A stretch of DNA of 57,245 nt, the filler included, from Basidioascus undulatus (lineage: Eukaryota): NCBI GenBank assembly GCA_000826855.1. It is 4 parts of 4 records of this genome, joined end to end, with 100 filler letters (N's around TTAATTAATTAA, not from the genome) between each part and the next. Parts side by side here need not be neighbours in the genome. Positions count along the whole stretch, not along the records: positions 48,075 to 57,245 come from JTLS01001290.1; 3 more parts are not named here. One strand, written 5' to 3'. Made by a program: the position numbers and the translations under genes. This document shows, in pieces, positions 49,688-57,245 of this stretch (within the stretch, counting starts at the first letter, position 1; each line of letters starts with the position of its first letter). The notes under the pieces are model-generated. The model saw only the letters and a list, made by a program, of their open reading frames with translations. It had not been told where the DNA came from and searched no databases.

Positions 49688-50295
49688 GGTGTATGATGGT
49701 GTCAAGTTATAAGCATGTGAAATCGAAAGAGCGTAGTGTTTGTGTTGCTTGTGAACAGTAGGTGTTGAACAGTTGGGATGGGGAAATGCAATGAAGATGC
49801 TCGCGCATCGCTCACCTTTATGCACATGCTCGCACAGACCTCGGCGTTGGCGGGCACTAAAAGGCTGCGGTGATGGACTGACGGTGGAGCTCACAATCGG
49901 TGGAAAGTGAACATGCTCGTCTGACCATTGCCTGGAAGTTGGCCAAATGAAGTATTTTGAAGTATAGGTGCTTTCTGTGTGAGGGCATAAAGCCACTAAG
50001 AGCCACCATATAAGACGCACTCAAAATCGGTGGCCATGGCAGGCAAGATCACTGGGCGGTAGAGCGTATTCAACGCATCGCGGCAAGTAGGGCAGGTTGA
50101 TTCGGAGCTCATAGTTTTTGGTCAAAGACGGCATGCAATCAATGTCATATACGGTGTGAGAGCTCAAAGACCAACACATGCGATTGCAACTGGCCCAAGC
50201 TTTCGTTGCGGAGGTGAGGGTCCGCTTACATTTGACTGGTAGAGGATCCGGTACAAGTGTCGCAACTCTGACGCAGAAGATGTGTACATTGAACT

Positions 50296-51391
50296 TTACC
50301 CGTGGAGCGCAAGTAATAAGGTAGCCTTGCCTCCAGAACAATGGTGCGTAGCCACGAGACCGACACAGCTGAGTCCGTTCCGCAAGTACAGCCGACAAAC
50401 ACACATGCTCTGCTCTTCGTATGTCTTTATGGTCATTGGATCTCCCCAAGTGCTCGACTGCCAGCTCCCCACCAGCGTCCCCTTCCGCCTGCGCTCAGGT
50501 ATCTGCTCCGCAAGTGTAAAGCAAAGCTGGTCCTGCACGTCCCATATCGTCCCTGCCATGATCTGCTTCCAGGTCCGTTTTGAGGCAGCGTCGATAGTTG
50601 CGGCCCAAAGCTCCACGCCCTCGTAGGGCCGTCCTTCGGTGTTCTGTAGTATGCGGACCGTAACAAGCTCGCGGCCCTCGGCTTTGGCGTGCTTAGCAAA
50701 GCTTTCTTCATCCTCCTCCAGTCGAGCTTGAGGTAGCATGCGCTATGGAATCACGAGGTCGAGACGCATATCCATAGGGAGCCGAGGCAACGCTGTTTCG
50801 AGAGCCCGATAGGTGAAACGGCTTGGGCAGCAGATGACTAGGTGAGTCAGGGAAGGCAGCCGAGAGGGCGTCCGTGCAGTCGGTGCTAGGCGAAAGAGCG
50901 TGAGCCGCTGTAGATTTATCCTTTGCCATAGAGGCGGCGCGCAAGCGAACGAGAAGCAATTCGAAGCCGGAAGGCAGCAAATCTCCTCCAACTTGGGCAG
51001 TTGCGAGAGCAAGTCCCAGAGAGACCCAGGATCGCTGGCACGAGGGTAGAAACAGCTGTAAGGAATCGTACGCAAAGCAAACGCTCGAGATTGGCGGTCG
51101 CGTTGGATAGAAATTGCACAACGTCCTTCGCCCGGAAGCCGGCATTGGCGGCGGAAGGACAAGCCTCCGTAACCGGAAAGACCTCCAAAGCGATGGCGCA
51201 GGTGTCTAGAGCGTACTGTCAAGGTATTTTCGGTAGAGCTCCGGTCTTGGAGATGTGCAGAGTCGATGCAGGTGTGGCAGAGCGAGCAAGCGGAGCAAGC
51301 GCGAGGTCAGGCTGAGCGCGAGCAAGACGTCCTGCACGTCGGGAGGGTGCCCGTACGCGAGAGGGTGTGCAGATGAGGTTAGCTCTGACAC
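50296..51391 (-). pseudogene. F-box/LRR-like relic
   Basis: LLALSLTSRLLRLLALPHLHR followed by a TAG at 51206. LRR-like pieces (LLSQLPKLEEI, NLQRLTL) lie in shifted frames. Confidence 0.35.
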
Positions 51392-53230
51392 GACGAGCTG
51401 AAGTATGTCAAACTAAAGCTTCATGCGATCGATGGCTGGAAAGCAAGGGGCGATCAGGGAGCACAAGTGCAGCTTGTACGCTTAATTTGCCGCTCGACCT
51501 GTCAGTAAGCCGGCCCTACATCAAGTCGAACTCTCGTCTTCCTTCCTCCTTCCCCAACATCTACCATCATCAATCCCGTTTTTGATCTCAATTCAATTTC
51601 ATCCAATACTCTGCGTACGAGGACCGTCGCGTTAGACTGGAAGCAGGGGCGCGGTTGTTGAGGTGAGTTCTCATCTTTCAAGCCCAGCGGAGCCAGGACG
51701 ACCAAATCAACTTTACCACATCTCGATCTTGCCTTTCTATGCGCCGATCCTCGGATTGTCCGCTGGAGGAGGGAAATGTGATACATTACTTGTCTGAGCT
51801 CCCCGCACCCGCTAGTCACACCCTGATCTGCTATGCTGCCGTTCGTCCGGGTACTGACAGCCAGCCCCGTCCGGACAGATTCGACACTTGTGTTTGGGCG
51901 CGGAGGTTGGGAAGAAGCAACGCGGGTTTTAGGGAGCATATGAATAGTGAGTCTCTACCAGATGGATTTGATCGAGCACGGGCGCGAGTGGCTGTGGGCA
52001 GGATTCAAGCATACCTATCGTCGAGCGGCGCATGAACTGACGCTGGCACGCGGTGATGCACGACGAATTATCTTCAACCCCATGACGCCCTTTCACTCGC
52101 GCCCTCCCTGCCCTTCCAACAGCGAACGCTGCGTGCTGAGTGTCCCCGGTCGGCCAGGCAGCCCCAGACTTGCCCTTCTCCGACCGCTGCATATCCCTTA
52201 TACAACCGGTGAGCCGCCATTTCATTTGTCTTCGAGCTCTGCGAGGGTGTATGCCTTATTTGCAGAGGTACAGCAGCAGAGATGAACTACAATTCAGAAT
52301 CGCTAAAACGACCCGCCTCGCTCCCGCACGGGCTCCTGTACGGCTGCCGGTCTTCGGATCGGCAGTTAGGGGGCTCGTGGCGGTCGGGGCGGATGAGATA
52401 TCTTTTCTTTCACTGAGCCGCGGTACCTGCAGATGGCGGACATTGCATCAAATCGAATTGAGGAACGGACGCTGACGCATAGCTGTTGGGGTACTCAGAT
52501 GGGAACACGCTGCACATGAGGTGGAGGAGCCGGACTACGGGAAAAGTCAGGTGCGTGTTTTTATCAGGGGGATAAAATCGGCTGCCAAACAGGGATTCAG
52601 GGAGATGGAATGGTTGTCTGTGCCGAATGCGCTCCCTCATACCGTCAATATATTCGTCCTTTATCCACCTCTTGCGTGCCTATTGTTTCTGTCAGAATTG
52701 ACGTGTCGATATCACCATCGTAAGAACGACCAAGAACGACGGCTGTGGGGGCCGACGCCGGATTGATGCTTTTCAAGCCAATGCCTCTGGTTATTGATAG
52801 GATTTGACGAGGTACATACTACTAGTATCGCTCGCTGCCAGCCTGTGAGCTGGGAAACCACGATCTAATTATAAAGCGTGCCAAAGCGTACTCTGCAAAA
52901 TGTGGTTGAACCCTGTTGATCACGTGATACCTCCCGAGCAGCCGCGACGAATCGGATAAGAAACTGCAAAGGCAAGCAAAGGCTGAAGGCGCCGGCGCCG
53001 GCTCGCCCTGAAGCTTCCAGCAGTGTGGCACGATCAGTCCCTCACAGCTTTACGTGTATGCTTTATTTGTTGCCAGAGCAGTAATTCCGTAACAGGGTCT
53101 ATAGGAAGCATGACCATAACAAGCTCGCGAGTTCGCATTGGGCTTACGTAACTCACGGTCCATCTCGAAGAGACCTCTTCAAATTCACCCCTTCCGTCAA
53201 CCTCCATCAACTTATCACCCTGCATCCATC

Positions 53231-53983
53231 ATGGCCACGTTTCCAAACGTAACTGAGCTGCATCAGCTTGTACTTCAATATCTCGGGTGCCCATCCTCCC
53301 TTCCCACACCGGCGGTACCGCCGACCTCGCTCGATGCGCACTCGTCTCCCGCTCTTTCCGCGCTTTCTCCACCCTGCTCCTTTACTCCTCGCCGGTCGTC
53401 AGTGGCCCGCGCTCGGTGGCGCTTTTTACCCAGACACTGTCCCCTCGTTCCGAACTCGCCCGACTCGTGCGAAACCTGCACATCTCGTCCTACACCGTCG
53501 GCGGCTGGGCGGTCTCCTCAAGCTCGTACCCGAGCTCAACGTGCTCAGGCTGGCCATGTTGAACGTGAGGTACAGCGAGTATGGTACGAATACGAGATAT
53601 GAGCTGATTACCTTCTTAGGCGGAAGGCTTTCTTCTTGCTGATCACGCCGGGGGAGGAGCAAATACTCTGTCCTGCGCTCAAAAAGCTCCGGCGTGGGCG
53701 TCTGCATCTCGAGCTGCAAGGCACTGACTACGACGGCGAAGTGTTCGAGCACTTCCGGGGGAGCATCTTCTCCCCCCGCGTTCTGTGCATCACGCGGCTC
53801 CGGCCCACGGTCTCTTCGAGCAGCTGCACCTACCTTCTCGGGGCATCGCTCACGACTTCCTCTCCGGGATGCCCGGCGTCGCGCTCGCCAGACTGGAGAC
53901 GGCGCCCGCGGAGGACAAATAATATGACCACTGGACGGAACCTGCGGTGGAGAGAATGGACCAGGGGCGGTCAACGGTGGTGA
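53231..53983 (+). pseudogene. F-box-like pseudogene
   Basis: MATFPNVTELHQLVLQYL / DLARCALVSRSFRAFSTLLLYSSPVV..LARLVRNLHI / LLKLVPELNVLRL are spread over three frames without intervening introns. Confidence 0.55.
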
Positions 53984-56477
53984 TGAAGGGAGAAGTGAGG
54001 GCGACGAACATGAGGTTCGAGGTGGTGGACCTGGACGAGGGGCGAGTAGTGAAGTGGTGGGTATGGAACAGGAGGTGAAGGATGAGGATGCAGTGGGGGC
54101 CAGGGCCGGAATAAGTCTACTTCACTACTTTCAGCTGAATCTGAGAGTTTCACTAAATCCACATTGTGCATCGATTCACATCTTCAGGTGCAGATCATTA
54201 CACCTGTTTCCGTTTTCCGTTCTCCCTTAACGTGCCCCTTGTCTATATCTGATCCGGCCCTCTCAGAAACTCCTGGAGGCCAGATCAAGGACGCAATTAA
54301 ACATGAAGAACGACAGACCGGGCTAGCAAGCGGCATGAAAATTTGGCTAGCGGGTTACGTTGCCGGTTGCGCACAAGACTGGACAGTAGCTCCTCATCCA
54401 GAGCCTTGTAGAAGGGAAAGCACATCTATGGTATTTTAGAACTACTATATACATGATTTATAAGGAAGAAGAAACATTGGTGCAGCGCTCCTGGGATGTA
54501 GGTTGTAGCCTGTTGCACGGGAAGGGGTTCAGCCATGGGTGTGAGTGTACTCAAAAGCTGGAGTTTTCAAGTCGGTATGGCCTGAAGCGCTGCTCAGTGT
54601 GGGCGCGGGTCCACGCCCTTGTTGCGGCCGGCGCAACAGTCTTCACTACCGTTTTCACCACATACTTCGCCGAGTTGACGGCTACCTTGCCTGCGACGGG
54701 GTACTCCATAAAAAACTCGACGGCCTGCATTGCTCTTTACTGGTGAGGTTTGGGAAGCATCCACTCCAAGTCCTTAGGGCTTTCACCTGGAGCCCCATTC
54801 ACAGCGCCCACGTTCAGCGTTTATTCAAGTGGACTCAAGAAACTTGCAGACGGAGATTTACCGTAGAACTTGGCCCTCTCTCTATGGGTCAAACCGCCCC
54901 CCACCCCCCTCCCTCCACACTGGGAAAATCATTGTACAGGTCAGAGAGGGCAGGGCATAATTCTCGAACTGTGCGATGTTTTCAGCGGCCATCTAGAGGG
55001 TCTGTTGAAGTTGGGGTCGGCGGGACATGGGTGGGGTGTCGGTTTGACTAGACTTAGCTCTTGAAGCCTTGAAGAGACCGGTTGGGTGGTCGGTGAGCTG
55101 GATGGGGAGAAGAGGAGTGAGGAATTGGGCGGTATTTATTTACTGGAGACTTCAACCGGTTGAGCCGCATCCAGAGTGCAAGACCCGCGAAAGCGACCAC
55201 AAGCGGCGAAGTTCTGCATCCGGCTTCCGGTCAAATCACACTGTAAACTTCCCTCCTTCCGAGCTCAGTCCCGACGCAGGGTTTGCTTTGGCTTATCTTC
55301 GTCGGTTGGGAGGACTCAGTGAGGATAAACCAGCCGCTCTCAAATCTCAAGGGGGCGGTGGCTAGCAAGGTATGGATGTTCAGTCAGCCCAGCGCATCTT
55401 TGCCGCATATGGGGTGTATGGGGTGTTGTGAGGATAATCTGGTCCTGTCTCATGTCACAGGCGCTTACTGACTTTCCTGACGGCTTGAGGATGGCATTGC
55501 TGTCATTGATGAATGCCAAGGAGTATGAAGGGCAAGACGAGAATCCCTCAGTGATCGCTACAAAATTGAGGGGTGATGTGCTCTTAAACTTTGTGAGAGG
55601 TGGTGTTGCATAACCATTGTCAACAAAGGAGAGATGCGATGGTAAATGAGTGCATCGTCAGGATAAAAGAGACCAGAGTCACTGTCTCCTGGCACGCAGG
55701 AGCCGGTAGGCAAAGGCGCAAGCAGACTTGAGTGATCTCGTACCTGATTATTATACGCTCTCATTTGTGCTAGATTAACGCCGAGAGATCTACAGCTTCT
55801 GTAAGGGGGACGAGCTGCGCCCTCGGAAACATTGCCTGCCAACATTGCCTGCCACCCCACTTTTTTGAAAGCGCCGCTGCGTCTTTTTAAGTCGCGTGGG
55901 AAACGCACAATCAGCGACGCGCCGTCTCGCTCCATCTCCTGCTCCTGCTCCCCAACACCCAATTGCCTACGATCCACAGCACGCCGGCTTCCCATACTTA
56001 TTCCTCGAGATACCGGCATACCAACCTCCTGAACCGCACCTGAAAACCACAGAGTGTGAGTTCCCCTCCCCCCGTGACGCCCGGCTACATGTGCCGTGCG
56101 CCCGAGGAAGATCCTCGCATCACATACTCGTATCAGACTTGGTCCTAGCGGGCCTGAACGTGACGAGACAGCGCGATATTAACCAGACTCTGAGGCGTGG
56201 TGGCGTCCGGTTTGTGGAGTTCTGGAGTTTCTAGGTGTGGGTCTGACTCTGGGAGGCGGGCTGGTCGGGCAGACTGGGATCCAGCGGAGCGACTTCTGGG
56301 CGTGAAGAGCGGATAGAAGGACAATGTCACATCGTGCGTACTCTCTCTCGTTGGAGGCTGTTCTTGGAGGCTTATGCGTCGGGGATTGTGCTTTGTCTGC
56401 GTCAGACGACTCGCGACACTCGTCGCTCGGGGCGTCCTCGCACCACACCCGTCAACGCGACGGGCCCATAACGATCC

Positions 56478-57245
56478 ATGCGCTCCTGTGCGTCCTTTCA
56501 CCGACCATTTACTCCATCCATCATCTCACTGCCCATCCCCGCAGCTCCCTCCCCTCCAACGACCAGCCCGAATGGTACACCCCCGGCCCGTCCTCGCCGC
56601 CCCAAAAGCCGCTCGAGAACCTCCTCACACCCGAGGGGCTCCCTGCGCTCCCCTCCGCCGCTGCCGCCGCCGCGCCCGGCACGGGCAACCGGGGGCGGAA
56701 GCTCGCGAGCCCTTCGACGCGCTTCCTGCGGCGGGGGAAGATGTGCGCGTGGTCGCCCGCGTCGCGGGAGTTCGCCCTCTCGCTCTCCGCGCGCCAGCGC
56801 CTCAAGTCCAAGCTGCAGCAGTTCCTCCCCTTCCCTCCCTTCTCGAGCACGCGCTCCCGCTCGCCCTCCCCGCCCACACTGCCGCACTTGCGGGACAGCG
56901 ACGCGACGGCCGCGGCGGCGGACGTCGGCGCGCCGACGACGACCGCGGACCTGTCGTACCTCCTCCGGCCGCCGGCGAGCCTCGCGGAGCTCGTGCAGAG
57001 CCCCGCGGTCCGGCACAGCTTCAAGAGCGGGCACCTGAACGAGCTGAGCAAGACGGCCGCGGAGATGGTCGAGGCGGAGAAGGACGTCAGCCGCGCGATC
57101 GGGAGGGTCATGGGCGAGCTGTATGGCGGGATGGGCGGGCGCGCGGTGCTGGAGGAGGCCAAGGCGGAGGAGGAGCGCGAGCGGGAAAAGGAGAAGGAGC
57201 AGGGCGCAGCCGCCGCCGCCGCCGCCGCTGAGCCGAAGGAGGGCG
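56478..57245 (+). CDS. RXT2: Rxt2-like protein (Rpd3L HDAC complex subunit family), partial; start uncertain
   Basis: A frame missing from the ORF track stays open to the window end: NDQPEWYTPG...GNRGRKLASPSTRFLRRGKMCAWSP...SPAVRHSFKSGHLNELSKTAAEMVEAEKDVSRAIGR. Resemblance to Rxt2 N-terminal NRGxKL motif is from recall. Confidence 0.55.

Noticed and set aside
1..57245. rRNA, tRNA, CRISPR arrays, prokaryotic operons
   Set aside because: None recognised by eye in this spliceosomal-intron-rich eukaryotic DNA. tRNAscan-SE or Infernal would be needed to exclude small RNAs.

Overview
This is intron-rich fungal DNA, probably from a basidiomycete; the lineage cannot be fixed from the sequence alone. 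It is not one locus. Four unrelated contigs (1-9178, 9279-18452, 18553-47974, 48075-57245) are joined by artificial 100-bp N44-TTAATTAATTAA-N44 spacers, so adjacency only means something within a contig. Most ORF-track entries are exon fragments or antisense shadows, so I rebuilt genes by manual splicing. Contig 1: two paralogous secreted Lys/His-rich repeat proteins, AUR1 and a partial Myb/SANT gene. Contig 2: the 5' end of a laccase, a zinc alcohol dehydrogenase with about 16 introns and a partial mitochondrial release factor. Contig 3: partial cystathionine gamma-lyase, a Pro/Ser-rich protein, a three-gene malate module, a rhomboid protease, a mitochondrial-type hemerythrin, AhpD-like and MYND-like pseudogenes, PXA1 and a possible MLKL/HeLo-like fragment. 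Contig 4: a Kex2-processed repeat-peptide precursor, F-box-like relics and a partial Rxt2-like gene. The best candidate for an undescribed system is the malate module (23495-30896). A SLAC1/TDT malate permease lies head-to-head with a leaderless malic-family enzyme whose motifs resemble bacterial malolactic enzymes, next to a decayed lactate-monooxygenase-like gene. Family assignments come from motif recognition and recall; no database searches were run.
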